A model generated the notes under the pieces. That model made no database searches, was not told the DNA's origin, and worked only from the letters and a program-made list of their open reading frames with translations. A stretch of DNA of 46,495 nt from a virus (Duplodnaviria; Caudoviricetes). This document shows, one piece after another, positions 27,314-37,471 of this stretch. The position numbers were made by a program, and so were the translations under genes. Numbering within the stretch: position 1 is the first letter of the stretch; every line of letters starts with the position of its first letter. The stretch lies in the IMG/VR virus record IMGVR_UViG_3300014656_000043, positions 1 through 46,495 of that record; one strand, 5' to 3'.

Positions 27314-29722
27314 ATGAAAATAAGTAAAGTAGTTATGCTTTTTGTTATTTGTTTATCTGTTACCTCGCTGATGTTTGGAGGTATGTCTGTTGACAATTAC
27401 TTCAATCAGCCAGAGGGTTCGTCGTCTTCGGATAATATATTAACAATTAATGGTACGCAGAACGTAGCAAGTGGCGGTGATCTTAATGTTGAATTAGGCG
27501 GTACGCTTGATACAGCGGTAGGGTCAACCATGACAGTATCAGGTTTACAGAACGTGGCAAGTGGCGGCGAGCTGGCTGTACAGTCAGGCGGTACGCTTAC
27601 AATTGATTCCGGTTCTACTGTAACCATTGGTGTATCACCAACTTTCAGTGCCGGGATTAATGTTGATGAGGATGTTGATATTGACTTTGACGCTAGAGAT
27701 GAGGAGTTCAATATTACTACATCCTCGCAAGGCTTAATAGTAGCAACTATCTATAATAGTTCGGCTGATTTAGTTGACGATACAGCGCTATTAAGTTTAG
27801 ATCTAAAAGACAATGGTGATGCTGAGGGTAGATATATACAATGTAGGGATGAAACCTTCACCAAAACAGTATTCAATGTTGGGGCAGATGGTGTTGTTAC
27901 TATCGATGCTTCAGGTGGCGGTTCTGGATTGATAATTGCTGAGGCTTTGATAACCCCAAGCGATGAAGAACTAAGACTCGACTCTGAAACACAAGATGTA
28001 ACTGTGGGAGACGGAACAAACGACACCGTATTTGCAGATGATGGCTGTATTACGCAAACTGGTGATGCAACTCAGACATGGCAAGACGGTAGTGATATGA
28101 TAGTTACTGCAAATGCAAATGCTTCTCCATTCGTAGCAGCTTCGGGTGATGACACAATGCTCGGTGCCTTAACAATGGGTAGTGCAGAAGCAGATGGTGG
28201 AGTTTTCTCTATCATTAAAGGTGCGACAGGTTCTGATCCAACGTTTAGTATTACTCAAGGGGCAACTGATGTCACACTTGATGAAACCGTAGGCGATTTG
28301 AATTTGACTTCTGCAGATGATATGACAATAACGGCGACTGGTGATAATATAAGTCTAGTAAGTGCATCAGTGGATGTATCCGGCACTTTAGATGTAAGCG
28401 GTGCAGCTGGGACTATTAATATTGATGTTTCAGGCAGTGGATCGGGTTTAATTATCACTGAGAGTCTATTAACTCCTAGCGATGAAGAGTTTAGACTTGA
28501 TTCCGTAACACAGGATATTACTATTGGTGATGGTACCAATGATACTGTATTCAGCGATGCTGGAGCTATTAGTCAAACCGGAACCGCGACACTAACAATA
28601 CAAGATGGTTCTGATTTGATTTGTACGGCTAACGCTGATCTGTCACCATTCCTCTCAGCTGGCTCGGCGGATGAAGCAACTGGATTGATTACTGCGACTG
28701 GTGGAATAACAATTCCATCAGGTGCAACATTCACTATCGACGCAGGCGCTACTGTAGTATCCACGGCAGCAGCATTTATGAATATTACTGGCGCTTCTGG
28801 ATTAACAGTCACTTATGGGGTTGACGCTGCTTCATTTACGTCAACAGCAGAAGCAACAGTAGGCACAACTCTTGCTGTAGGCGGTGTGGCAACAGTGACC
28901 GGTGGTCTTGTCGTGAATGAAGATGTAGACATTAATCTTGATGCGAGAGATGAAGAGTTTAACATAACAACGTCTTCCCAGGGTTTAATAGCAGCAACAA
29001 TTTATAATAGTTCTGCTGATCTTACAGAAGACACTTGTTTGTTAAGTTTAGACCTCAAGGATAACGGTGATGCGGAAGGCCGGTATCTACAGTGCAGAGA
29101 TAATACATATGCCAATACCGTAATGGAAGTTGGCTCTGATGGTGCTATTACTATTGATGCTAGTGGCGGCGGTTCGGGGACTGTTTTATCGGAAGCAACG
29201 ATGGTTGTTAATGACGCTGCTTTTGACTGGGACTCCGAAACCCAGGACTTCAATATTGGTGACGGTACAAACGATACCGTGTTCTCTGATGATGGTGTTA
29301 TTACTCAAACAGGGGACGCTCAAGCAAGCTTGCTTGATGTTACAATTGCAGGTACAGGTCTTGACGTGGACGCTGGCGATATTGATGTTGCAACCTATGT
29401 TATAGCTGGAAGCTCAAATATAGCAGTTGTCCCAATATCATATAGCCTAAAGGATACCGAAGAAGTGAGTATTGCGACTTTGTACGCTGGCGCTGATGCA
29501 AATATTGGTTGGTTTGATTTAATTATGGGAACGCATACTGCACGTGGCTCATTTATTGCTGATGGTACTATTACATTGACAGCAGATGGAATAGGGACCG
29601 CAACCACGACAGATAATAATGATACTACTTTCAATGTGTTTGATAATGGTACATCAATATCATTTGAAAACCAGTGCGGTAGCACGTTAACGCTATGGGG
29701 TACAGTTTATTGGCAAGAATAA
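27314..29722 (+). CDS. large acidic beta-rich head-fibre-like protein with signal peptide and internal repeats
   Basis: signal peptide then SVDNYFNQ..G; repeated DARDEEFNITTSSQGL and IGDGTNDTVF modules. Confidence 0.7.
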   Translation: MKISKVVMLFVICLSVTSLMFGGMSVDNYFNQPEGSSSSDNILTINGTQNVASGGDLNVELGGTLDTAVGSTMTVSGLQNVASGGELAVQSGGTLTIDSGSTVTIGVSPTFSAGINVDEDVDIDFDARDEEFNITTSSQGLIVATIYNSSADLVDDTALLSLDLKDNGDAEGRYIQCRDETFTKTVFNVGADGVVTIDASGGGSGLIIAEALITPSDEELRLDSETQDVTVGDGTNDTVFADDGCITQTGDATQTWQDGSDMIVTANANASPFVAASGDDTMLGALTMGSAEADGGVFSIIKGATGSDPTFSITQGATDVTLDETVGDLNLTSADDMTITATGDNISLVSASVDVSGTLDVSGAAGTINIDVSGSGSGLIITESLLTPSDEEFRLDSVTQDITIGDGTNDTVFSDAGAISQTGTATLTIQDGSDLICTANADLSPFLSAGSADEATGLITATGGITIPSGATFTIDAGATVVSTAAAFMNITGASGLTVTYGVDAASFTSTAEATVGTTLAVGGVATVTGGLVVNEDVDINLDARDEEFNITTSSQGLIAATIYNSSADLTEDTCLLSLDLKDNGDAEGRYLQCRDNTYANTVMEVGSDGAITIDASGGGSGTVLSEATMVVNDAAFDWDSETQDFNIGDGTNDTVFSDDGVITQTGDAQASLLDVTIAGTGLDVDAGDIDVATYVIAGSSNIAVVPISYSLKDTEEVSIATLYAGADANIGWFDLIMGTHTARGSFIADGTITLTADGIGTATTTDNNDTTFNVFDNGTSISFENQCGSTLTLWGTVYWQE

Positions 29723-29741
29723 ACTATTGAATTAAGGAAAA

Positions 29742-29783
29742 CCCTCCTAGAATCAAATGTTACGAGCTTAGATTCTAGGAGGG
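29742..29783. terminator. 13-bp perfect hairpin (T-run only on the - strand)
   Basis: CCCTCCTAGAATC / GATTCTAGGAGGG. Confidence 0.6.
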
Positions 29784-29804
29784 GGAGCGGGGGAGGTTAT
29801 AGAA

Positions 29805-30164
29805 ATGGGAAAACGATTTATTTTTATGTTTTTAGCAATGATAATTTATGTTAATGTTCACGGTGCGATGAGTAATGGCGCAACTGATCAGCAGATAGTA
29901 ACAAGTTCAGGTACAACTGTTATTACTTTCGATAAATATACAAATGAAATATATATTATTAGAGAATCTACTAACGCCGTTTATATTGATTTATATACGG
30001 TAGCCTGTACATCAAGCTCGTATAGTGATTATATGACAGCAGATAGTAGCGCGACAGGTAAAGATCAGATGAAGTTAAATGTTGAATCGAAAACATACCA
30101 GATGTCCATTTGGACAGATAATTTAGATACTTCAATTAGAATAACTGGAAGACACTGGGAGTAA
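29805..30164 (+). CDS. hypothetical beta-rich protein with signal peptide
   Basis: GGAGG RBS; MGKRFIFMFLAMIIYVNVHG. Confidence 0.6.
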   Translation: MGKRFIFMFLAMIIYVNVHGAMSNGATDQQIVTSSGTTVITFDKYTNEIYIIRESTNAVYIDLYTVACTSSSYSDYMTADSSATGKDQMKLNVESKTYQMSIWTDNLDTSIRITGRHWE

Positions 30165-30167
30165 ACT

Positions 30168-30437
30168 ATGCCAGACGTAGGCCAATACGCGCATATAATA
30201 GAAACGCCTTTAACTCAAATTATTAGAGTTGATTCGGAAGATTCTGACGTTTTGTATCATTGTTTTGCTCCTCCAGGGAACTATGAGAATCAAGATTTGC
30301 CTGTATGGAGAATAATACGAAAAGAAAAACTGGCAACTAATCCCGAAGTAAACATAACATTGGCTCAAGGTTCAGACGGTGTTTACGGTTCAATGAAATG
30401 TATTGCTGATAATAGAGAGGATTTAACATACGCATAA
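30168..30437 (+). CDS. small conserved-type phage structural-region protein
   Basis: LY..A.PG..PVWRIIR..DNREDLTY pattern. Confidence 0.6.
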   Translation: MPDVGQYAHIIETPLTQIIRVDSEDSDVLYHCFAPPGNYENQDLPVWRIIRKEKLATNPEVNITLAQGSDGVYGSMKCIADNREDLTYA

Positions 30438-30634
30438 TGAAGAAATTATTATTAGTTAGCCTGGTAATATTAGCGCCAGGGTACACTCTAGGCGATTGGA
30501 ATGATTGGGACTATAATCCTTTGAATCCTATTACTACGTACGATTATTATAATTCATCGCCTTCGTATTCTTTAACGTCTAGCACAGCTAATTACGCGCT
30601 GGATTCCAAGAGTATTAAGATAGGAGGCATATAA
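30437..30634 (+). CDS. small protein with signal peptide
   Basis: MKKLLLVSLVILAPGYTLG then WDYNP..DYY. Confidence 0.5.
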   Translation: MKKLLLVSLVILAPGYTLGDWNDWDYNPLNPITTYDYYNSSPSYSLTSSTANYALDSKSIKIGGI

Positions 30635-31264
30635 ATGGCAGTAGCATTAAACGCAAATGCATTACTCGCAGACGTAACTGAACTAAATAATTTTACTCAA
30701 GCTAGTTTTACGGCGGGAGATTACGTTAATACTTTAATTAATACAGCGTCTGATCTAATTGAGCGCATAACAAAAAGAAAACTTATAGCGCAAGACTATA
30801 CCAGTGAGGTATATTCAGGTAATGGCAGAGGTAAATTATTTCTAAAGAATTATCCTATAAATTCTATAACAACTTTAATTAGAAAAAACACTGTTGATGA
30901 TACAACAATTCAAACATATACGGCTAATTCAAATTATTTGTTTTCGCAAACAGGCGGTTGGATATATCTTAGAGAATTTTGGTCTATAGACATCAACAAT
31001 TTTGAAATCACGTATAATGCTGGTTATAAAGTTACAGCCGAGACAGGTTACATTACATTGCCGTATGATCTTAGGAAAGCGTGTGCGGATTTATGTATGT
31101 GGATGGATTCCCAAAAAGATAAAGTGGGATTTGATTCTGAAAGAATAGGTTCTTACTCGTATAAATTAAACAGTTCTAACAATATTGGTGGAATGGCAAT
31201 CCCGCCAGAGGTTATGTCACTACTTTCAAAATACATAAGGATAGAGATAGGGAGCATATTTTAA
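30635..31264 (+). CDS. head-tail connector (adaptor)
   Basis: LINTASDLIER..YPINSI..ITYNAGY..LPYDLRKA..SERIGSYSY. Confidence 0.85.
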   Translation: MAVALNANALLADVTELNNFTQASFTAGDYVNTLINTASDLIERITKRKLIAQDYTSEVYSGNGRGKLFLKNYPINSITTLIRKNTVDDTTIQTYTANSNYLFSQTGGWIYLREFWSIDINNFEITYNAGYKVTAETGYITLPYDLRKACADLCMWMDSQKDKVGFDSERIGSYSYKLNSSNNIGGMAIPPEVMSLLSKYIRIEIGSIF

Positions 31265-31524
31265 TGAATGAATTATACGTTATTAGAACAGATGTAAACA
31301 ATGAACTATTGAGTAAAAATAGAAGAATAATAGTTTTTGACAGCGAATCGTTATATCACGCTAAATGGTTTTTAAGCGGCGTGAATTTTATCACCAGAAA
31401 GCTGACTTTTCCAAATTGGAAAATAGAAAAATATAACGGCAAGTATAATAGTATAACGTGTATATCAGCAAAAGAATACTTTGGCGAAGCGGCTTATAAT
31501 AAAATTTTAAAGGATACAAAATGA
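31264..31524 (+). CDS. hypothetical protein inserted in the neck module
   Basis: overlapping start/stop with both neighbours. Confidence 0.5.
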   Translation: MNELYVIRTDVNNELLSKNRRIIVFDSESLYHAKWFLSGVNFITRKLTFPNWKIEKYNGKYNSITCISAKEYFGEAAYNKILKDTK

Positions 31525-31850
31525 GTTATAGCGGGTTATTAAATACCACGTGCACAATACAAAAGAATACCCCGGTACAGGATACAACTAATTATTCAAT
31601 GGTGAGTTCGTGGGCTGATTACGCGACGTCTGTTAAATGCAGGTTAGATCAAGCCAGCGGGGGCGAACGCAGGGACCCGGAAGATATTTTATCTCGCATG
31701 ACTCATAAGCTGTTCATACTTTATCGGACAGATTTGGCTTGGAAAAATTACCGTATTGTCATAGGTTCTAACACTTACGTAATATTATTAGTTATTGACG
31801 GTGGGGGGCATGGACATCACGTAGAGTTAGCGCTGGAACTAATTCAATGA
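31521..31850 (+). CDS. head closure / stopper protein
   Basis: TCTIQ..W..VKCRL..HHVELAL; position. Confidence 0.75.
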   Translation: MSYSGLLNTTCTIQKNTPVQDTTNYSMVSSWADYATSVKCRLDQASGGERRDPEDILSRMTHKLFILYRTDLAWKNYRIVIGSNTYVILLVIDGGGHGHHVELALELIQ

Positions 31851-31856
31851 TAAATT

Positions 31857-32366
31857 ATGGCAAAAAGAACAGGTACAATTGAAAAGAATGGAGTTTCGAT
31901 AAGCCTTTTAAACGATGATAAAACAAGGCAAGCTCTTGCTAATATAGAAAAATCTGTAGGCGCTAGTATGGCCAAAGCTATTAGTGTTGGTGCGATTAGT
32001 ATCGCTAACACGGCAAAGAAAATTGCTCCAGTTGACACAGGGTCTATGGCAAATTCTATTACTTATGATCTGATTGAAAATACAGCTAAACAGGTTACTG
32101 CTATAGTGGGGCCGACTAAAGATATTATATACGGTAAATATGTTGAATACGGAACTGGGATTTACGCGACTGGCCCAAGTAAAGCTAAAAAAATACCCTG
32201 GGTTTATTACAATGAAAGATTAGACCAATTTTTCACAACATCTGGAATGAAAGCGCAACCGTTTTTGTATCCAGCATTACAGCGTAACAGAAAAAGAATA
32301 AACGATTTACTGGCCAAAGCTGTTACGGAAGGATGGGGTAAATTTACCGTTGAGGTTAAAAAATGA
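31857..32366 (+). CDS. HK97 gp10-like tail completion protein
   Basis: APVDTG..YGKYVEYGTG..AQPFLYPAL. Confidence 0.85.
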   Translation: MAKRTGTIEKNGVSISLLNDDKTRQALANIEKSVGASMAKAISVGAISIANTAKKIAPVDTGSMANSITYDLIENTAKQVTAIVGPTKDIIYGKYVEYGTGIYATGPSKAKKIPWVYYNERLDQFFTTSGMKAQPFLYPALQRNRKRINDLLAKAVTEGWGKFTVEVKK

Positions 32367-32791
32367 TAGAAAACACTGTTATAACTTATTTAACTACAGA
32401 CACAACTTTAAACACTTTGTTAGAGGTTACTGTTGGGAATACAAAATTTTATCCTATAATCCCAGAAGAAATACCTACCCCGCCATATGTTACGTTCTCT
32501 CTTAGCGCTGGCGATGAAACTGATGAACATATAGACGAAGACAGATTACAGCTAACGATTAGAGATGACAGGGATAGTAAGACGAACGCAGAAGCTATAG
32601 CTCGAAGGATAAAAGTGTTGCTCGATGTGAAAGATAACATACAAAATAATTTGTATAGTACCGACTCTAATTTTTATATTTATTATAGCAAATATTCTGG
32701 CGGTGACACATTATTTGAGCCAAACAGACAGGAATGGACGATAGTAATGTTTTTTAATATTAAGTATCAAGATAAAACAGCAAGCCGTTAA
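32363..32791 (+). CDS. tail terminator protein
   Basis: FYP..P.PPYVTF..LQLTI..IARRIKVLL; position before MTP. Confidence 0.7.
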   Translation: MIENTVITYLTTDTTLNTLLEVTVGNTKFYPIIPEEIPTPPYVTFSLSAGDETDEHIDEDRLQLTIRDDRDSKTNAEAIARRIKVLLDVKDNIQNNLYSTDSNFYIYYSKYSGGDTLFEPNRQEWTIVMFFNIKYQDKTASR

Positions 32792-32818
32792 GGGCAGCTA
32801 AAAAAAAGGAGCATGAAA

Positions 32819-32974
32819 ATGGCAAATCGTGGACGTGGTCGAAGAAGTCTTGGCAGGGGTGTAGGGCGAGGCGGTGGCAGGGGTGGACGTGGAAGTTGTG
32901 GCGGTACAAGAAGATTAGATGGTTCTGGTGGTGGTGTTGGCAACATAGGAACAAGCAGACAACCTAAAAAATAA
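32819..32974 (+). CDS. Arg/Gly-rich basic peptide (51 aa, not in ORF track)
   Basis: AGGAG RBS; MANRGRGRRSLGRGVGRGGGRGGRGSCGG.. Confidence 0.6.
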   Translation: MANRGRGRRSLGRGVGRGGGRGGRGSCGGTRRLDGSGGGVGNIGTSRQPKK

Positions 32975-32992
32975 AAAAAGGGGGTAATTATT

Positions 32993-33880
32993 ATGAGTAA
33001 AACTGCTGCAAATATTACGATTGGTGCTCCATCAACAGTTATTTGTGCTGCTGATGGAGTAGCAGAAGGTTCAGGAGTAGATTTAGGTTCAACTGTAGGT
33101 GGATTTGTGATTAAACCTACATTATCAATTTATAAGAAAAAAGCTGACCAATGGAACGGTCCTGTAGGCGCTTCAATCATTGATTCAGAGTATACGTTTG
33201 AGTGTACCCTGGCTGAATGTAGTACGGCCAATCTAGCGTACGCGATGGGTCTTCCTACTACAGCGGCATCAAGTGCGACAGCTCTAGTAGCTGGAAATCA
33301 AACTGTAGCAACTGTAAGAACTTTGTATGTAAACTGTAATGCAGTAAGCGGCGGAACAGCTAAATATACTATACACAGAGTTGTATTTGATGGTAACACT
33401 GAAATTAACATGAATAAGGAAAATCAGACAAATTTGAAAATTACTGGATTCATGTTAATTGATACTGGCCAATCAACGGGTGAAGAGTATTTCTCATTAG
33501 CTTTTAGCGGGACAGATACAACAGCTCCGACAGTTGCAATTACGTCTCCAGCGGAAGACGGCACAGTTGCAGCTGGCGCAAAGACAGCTGTCACATTTAC
33601 GTTTACCGAAACTGGGACAGGCATGGATCAGGGCAGTTTGAAATATGGCAGCGCTGACGGCGGCACTATAATGATTGTAGACGTAGAAGACCCGGCGGCA
33701 ACTACGCTTGTTGCGGGATCAATCACGTATGCTGCGGCAACAAAAGTTGTAACATTTACTCCTACCGACAACTGGGCGTCAGCAGGAGAAAATTATCAAC
33801 TTATAGTTACCACAGGCGTGAGAGACATGGCAGGAAACTATTTGGCTGATATATATTTAGCTCATTTTGTTTCTGCTTGA
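32993..33880 (+). CDS. major tail protein with C-terminal Ig-like domain
   Basis: DLGSTVGG..CTLAE..NLAYA; DTTAPTV..TFTP..GVRDMAGN. Confidence 0.85.
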   Translation: MSKTAANITIGAPSTVICAADGVAEGSGVDLGSTVGGFVIKPTLSIYKKKADQWNGPVGASIIDSEYTFECTLAECSTANLAYAMGLPTTAASSATALVAGNQTVATVRTLYVNCNAVSGGTAKYTIHRVVFDGNTEINMNKENQTNLKITGFMLIDTGQSTGEEYFSLAFSGTDTTAPTVAITSPAEDGTVAAGAKTAVTFTFTETGTGMDQGSLKYGSADGGTIMIVDVEDPAATTLVAGSITYAAATKVVTFTPTDNWASAGENYQLIVTTGVRDMAGNYLADIYLAHFVSA

Positions 33881-33897
33881 TGTTAAAGCAAATACCG

Positions 33898-33929
33898 GGT
33901 ACGGCAGGTTTCGGGGAGCTTGTCGTACC
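33898..33929 (+). other. GC-rich hairpin after the major tail gene
   Basis: GGTACGGCAGGTTT / GAGCTTGTCGTACC with GU pairs; no T-run. Confidence 0.5.
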
Positions 33930-33949
33930 TATCCCTGGGAGCAAATTAA

Positions 33950-34366
33950 ATGGAAGATAAAACGATAGATACGATACTTGAAGAAACTAAGTTTACGTTA
34001 CTAACCATCAATGGTAAAGAATTTAAAATAGGGAAAATTAAAGGGTTTTACTATCTTAAATTAGTAACATTGATTAGCAAAATAGGCAAAAAATACCATG
34101 AACAGTTTGCCAGTTTTAAAGGTGCACCAACTGATATGGGTGACATACTTGCATTATTACAGATATTAAATTGTGATGACGGCATGGAATTGTTATCAAT
34201 TCTTTTAGGTATAGAGGATATTGAGTTTTGTAAAAGTGTAAATGGTGAAGACATTCCAGATATAGTAATTGCTGTCTGTAAGTATAACGATTTTGATATG
34301 TTTAAAAAAAAAGTGCTGGAAATGGTAGAGGTAGTAACAAACAAAATGTCAAAGAAAACTTCTTAA
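33950..34366 (+). CDS. tail assembly chaperone (G)
   Basis: between MTP and TMP; slippery A-run near the 3' end. Confidence 0.8.
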   Translation: MEDKTIDTILEETKFTLLTINGKEFKIGKIKGFYYLKLVTLISKIGKKYHEQFASFKGAPTDMGDILALLQILNCDDGMELLSILLGIEDIEFCKSVNGEDIPDIVIAVCKYNDFDMFKKKVLEMVEVVTNKMSKKTS

Positions 34367-34674
34367 CTACGTTAATAGAAATTGCCGAAGGCACGGGTTA
34401 TACTATAGATCAATTATTGTATGAAAAGAGCTGGGAATTTCTTAACGTGTTGGCCGAGTCTTATTTAAGACATAAAATTAATCGTATGCGTTGGGATGCG
34501 ACGGCTTATAGAATTGATGAAAAAGGATTAAAAAAACTGGAAGAATCGTTAGAAGAAAATAGTTATGATCAACCAGAGACAACTCGTAAACCGACGTTAA
34601 GAGACTTAGAAAACATGATGGCAGCTAGAGGCGGTAGAGTAAAGATACTAAATAAACGTAAGGGTAAAAAATAA
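34301..34674 (+). CDS. tail assembly chaperone GT extension via -1 frameshift
   Basis: TTT AAA AAA AAA G at 34301-34313; -1 frame open to 34674. Confidence 0.75.
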
Positions 34675-37166
34675 TGGCAGGTATTGGAAGTTTATTTATT
34701 AAGATTGGCAGCATGTTTGATGCCGAAGGGTTTAAAAAAGCGGAGACTGGATTAAAAGCATTAGACAAAAAGGTACAGGATAATGCGAAAGCATTCCATG
34801 CTGCTGGCATTGCTATGACGGCTTTAGGTACGGCAATAGTTGGCGGGCTTGCTATGTCTATTAAATCGGCAGCAAACTTCCAGGAAGAGATGGCAAATGT
34901 ATCTACCATGCTTGATAAACAAACAAGACAGCTTTTACCTAAGTTAGGTAGAGAAGTTAAAAAAATGGCTATGGAGTACGGAGAAGCTACGAGTACATTG
35001 TCGAAAGGATTGTACGATATTTTATCCGCTGGAGTTCCTGCAACAAAAGCTATGGATGTTTTAAGAGCTTCCACAATAGCTGCAAAAGCTGGAATGAGTA
35101 ACACAGGAGTTGCTGCGGATGCATTAACAACAATCATAAACTCTTATGGTTTAGAGGCAAGTAAGGCGGGTGATGTAAGCGACTGGTTTTTCTCAATAAT
35201 TAAACGTGGTAAAACTACGTTTGCAGAACTTGGGCCGCAAGTCGGGCAAGTAGCGTCCCTGGCTGCCTCAGCGGGCTTAAGTATGGATGAGTTTGGTGCT
35301 GCTATGGCAACAATGACAAAGTCAGGTGTTCAAACTGATATAGCCATAACAAGTTTAAAGGGTATTTTAACAGGATTTTTAAAGCCTACGCAAGAAGCAA
35401 TCGAAGCCTCAAAAGATTTAGGTATTGAATTAAATACAAATACTTTAAGAACTCAAGGATTAGTACCTGTATTAGAAAAATTAAGCGGTGCAACAGATGA
35501 ACAAGTTGCATCTATATTCGGTAATGTTAGAGCTTTAACAGGTTTAACAGCAATACTAAAAGATACAAACGTATATTATGAAGATTTAACAGCTATACAA
35601 AATAGGGCTGGCGCATCACAAGAAGCATTTAAAAAGCAATCCGCTACGTTATCTTTCCAGATGAAACAATTAGGATTAATGGTACAGATTCTTTTTGTAA
35701 ATATTGGTGAAAAATTACTGCCAATTGTATCAAAGGCAACACAATTAATAATAGAAGCGCTAAAGCCTATTATAGAATGGACAGAAAACAATAAAGAATT
35801 AACAAAAACTATAACTCTTTTAGTAGGCGGACTTGGTGCTTTGATGTTAGGTTTGGGACCAATACTATTATCTATCCCCGCATTAACAAGCGCTTTTATA
35901 GCACTGCTTCCAGCTATTAAAGCTGTATTCACGCTTATATCAGCGCATCCATTTATAGCTACTGCTGCGGGAACACAATTACTTATAAATGCTATACATT
36001 CATTAATAAAAGCTCGCATAGAAGATAAAAACGCTGCTATAAACATGGGTAAAACCACGGAAGATATGATTAAGCAACACAAAGATGAGTTAGCGTCTAT
36101 TAAAGAACAGATAAAGAATACAAAACTTTCTACTGCTATACAGATAGAACTACGGCAAAAATACGCCAGGACATTGAAAGCTTTAAAGTCGCAGGAAGAA
36201 AAGCTTATCAAGAAAACGCAGAAAGCTGAACTAGAAACAGTAATTGAAACCGATGCCGCATTGACGGAAGAACAGTTAGTGATGGACGAGGCTAAAAGAG
36301 AATTAGCGCAAGCGTATTTTGATTGGGAATTTGAGAAAGGTAATATTTCATTAGAGCAAAAGAAATTAAATCTTGAGCAACAGTTGGCCGATGTGACTGA
36401 TAATGAAATGCAAAAACTTGAATTAAAAAAACAGATTCGAGCGGTTGTTATAGCATTAGAAGAGCAAGAAGATGCTGAAGATTTGAAACGCATGGCCATG
36501 AAAAAGCAACAACGTCAAGACTTATATAATGCTACAAAATCCGCTATTACTAATCTTACTGAATTTCAATTGGTTAACATTAGAAACAATCTGGAAGATA
36601 GTTTATCCGCTGAATTAAAAAAATATGAAGACAAAAAGAAATGGATAGAAGAAAATGTTACCGATCAAACAGAAAAAACAAGAATGCTTGAAGAGTTAGA
36701 CAGGAATTATACGAATACTCAAAATAAATTAAGAGATGATTCATCTAAAGAAGAGCAAAAAAGACGTAATCAATTAAAACCTTTCTTAATTGCTGAAGCA
36801 TTGGCTAATACTGCAATCGGCGTAACTAAGGCCTTTGCTCAAGGCGGTATGCTTGGATTTATTACAGGTTCGTTGGTAGCAGCAGCAGGCGCTGTACAAA
36901 TAGCCACTATCAGAGCGCAAAAATTTGCGGCTGGGGTGCGTAATTTCGTAGGTGGGTTAGCCATAGTTGGTGAACAGGGCCCCGAACTCGTAAGCCTTCC
37001 ATCAGGGAGCAATGTTTATTCAAATTCAGAATCGAACAGAATGTTATCATCTGGCGGGGGCGGGATCAATATAGACCTGCGAGGCAGCATAATTAGCAGC
37101 AAAAAAGCGTACAAAGAATTTGAAGATTCTATATTTAGAACATTAAAAAATAACAGGAAAATTTAA
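34674..37166 (+). CDS. tape measure protein (TP901-type core)
   Basis: FQEEMANVST..GKTTFAEL; KFAAG..VGEQGPELV. Confidence 0.95.
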   Translation: MAGIGSLFIKIGSMFDAEGFKKAETGLKALDKKVQDNAKAFHAAGIAMTALGTAIVGGLAMSIKSAANFQEEMANVSTMLDKQTRQLLPKLGREVKKMAMEYGEATSTLSKGLYDILSAGVPATKAMDVLRASTIAAKAGMSNTGVAADALTTIINSYGLEASKAGDVSDWFFSIIKRGKTTFAELGPQVGQVASLAASAGLSMDEFGAAMATMTKSGVQTDIAITSLKGILTGFLKPTQEAIEASKDLGIELNTNTLRTQGLVPVLEKLSGATDEQVASIFGNVRALTGLTAILKDTNVYYEDLTAIQNRAGASQEAFKKQSATLSFQMKQLGLMVQILFVNIGEKLLPIVSKATQLIIEALKPIIEWTENNKELTKTITLLVGGLGALMLGLGPILLSIPALTSAFIALLPAIKAVFTLISAHPFIATAAGTQLLINAIHSLIKARIEDKNAAINMGKTTEDMIKQHKDELASIKEQIKNTKLSTAIQIELRQKYARTLKALKSQEEKLIKKTQKAELETVIETDAALTEEQLVMDEAKRELAQAYFDWEFEKGNISLEQKKLNLEQQLADVTDNEMQKLELKKQIRAVVIALEEQEDAEDLKRMAMKKQQRQDLYNATKSAITNLTEFQLVNIRNNLEDSLSAELKKYEDKKKWIEENVTDQTEKTRMLEELDRNYTNTQNKLRDDSSKEEQKRRNQLKPFLIAEALANTAIGVTKAFAQGGMLGFITGSLVAAAGAVQIATIRAQKFAAGVRNFVGGLAIVGEQGPELVSLPSGSNVYSNSESNRMLSSGGGGINIDLRGSIISSKKAYKEFEDSIFRTLKNNRKI

Positions 37167-37471
37167 TGGCTATTTATTATCGTAAAGTCACCTATTCAGA
37201 TACGCAGCCATCAAGCCCGGCATTAGGCGAGAAATGGATAAGACAGATTGGTGACAGTTATCAAGCGTATACTTGGTTAAATAATTGGATACCTTTACTT
37301 GGCGGCGGCGGCGTAATAACTGAAACGGATAATGACACGCATTACATGAATGTTATTATACAAGAAACACCGCCTGACAGCATAATTAAACCTGGTTGGA
37401 GCTGGATTAAGCAAAGCATATTACAGGAATATTTGTATATTTGGGATTATGTTTTAATAGCAGGAGCATAA
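37166..37471 (+). CDS. tail tip region protein
   Basis: follows TMP; QPSSPALGEKW motif. Confidence 0.55.
   Translation: MAIYYRKVTYSDTQPSSPALGEKWIRQIGDSYQAYTWLNNWIPLLGGGGVITETDNDTHYMNVIIQETPPDSIIKPGWSWIKQSILQEYLYIWDYVLIAGA

Noticed and set aside
28790-28830. Host assignment from the GLTVTYGV / Ser-Thr-rich style, reminiscent of Elusimicrobiota proteins
   Set aside because: An impression from memory only; cannot be supported without a database search.
35576-36499. Long minus-strand ORFs (also 6249..6761, 12246..12743, 34625..35137 and others)
   Set aside because: Antisense shadows of well-supported + strand genes, with no motifs or RBS.
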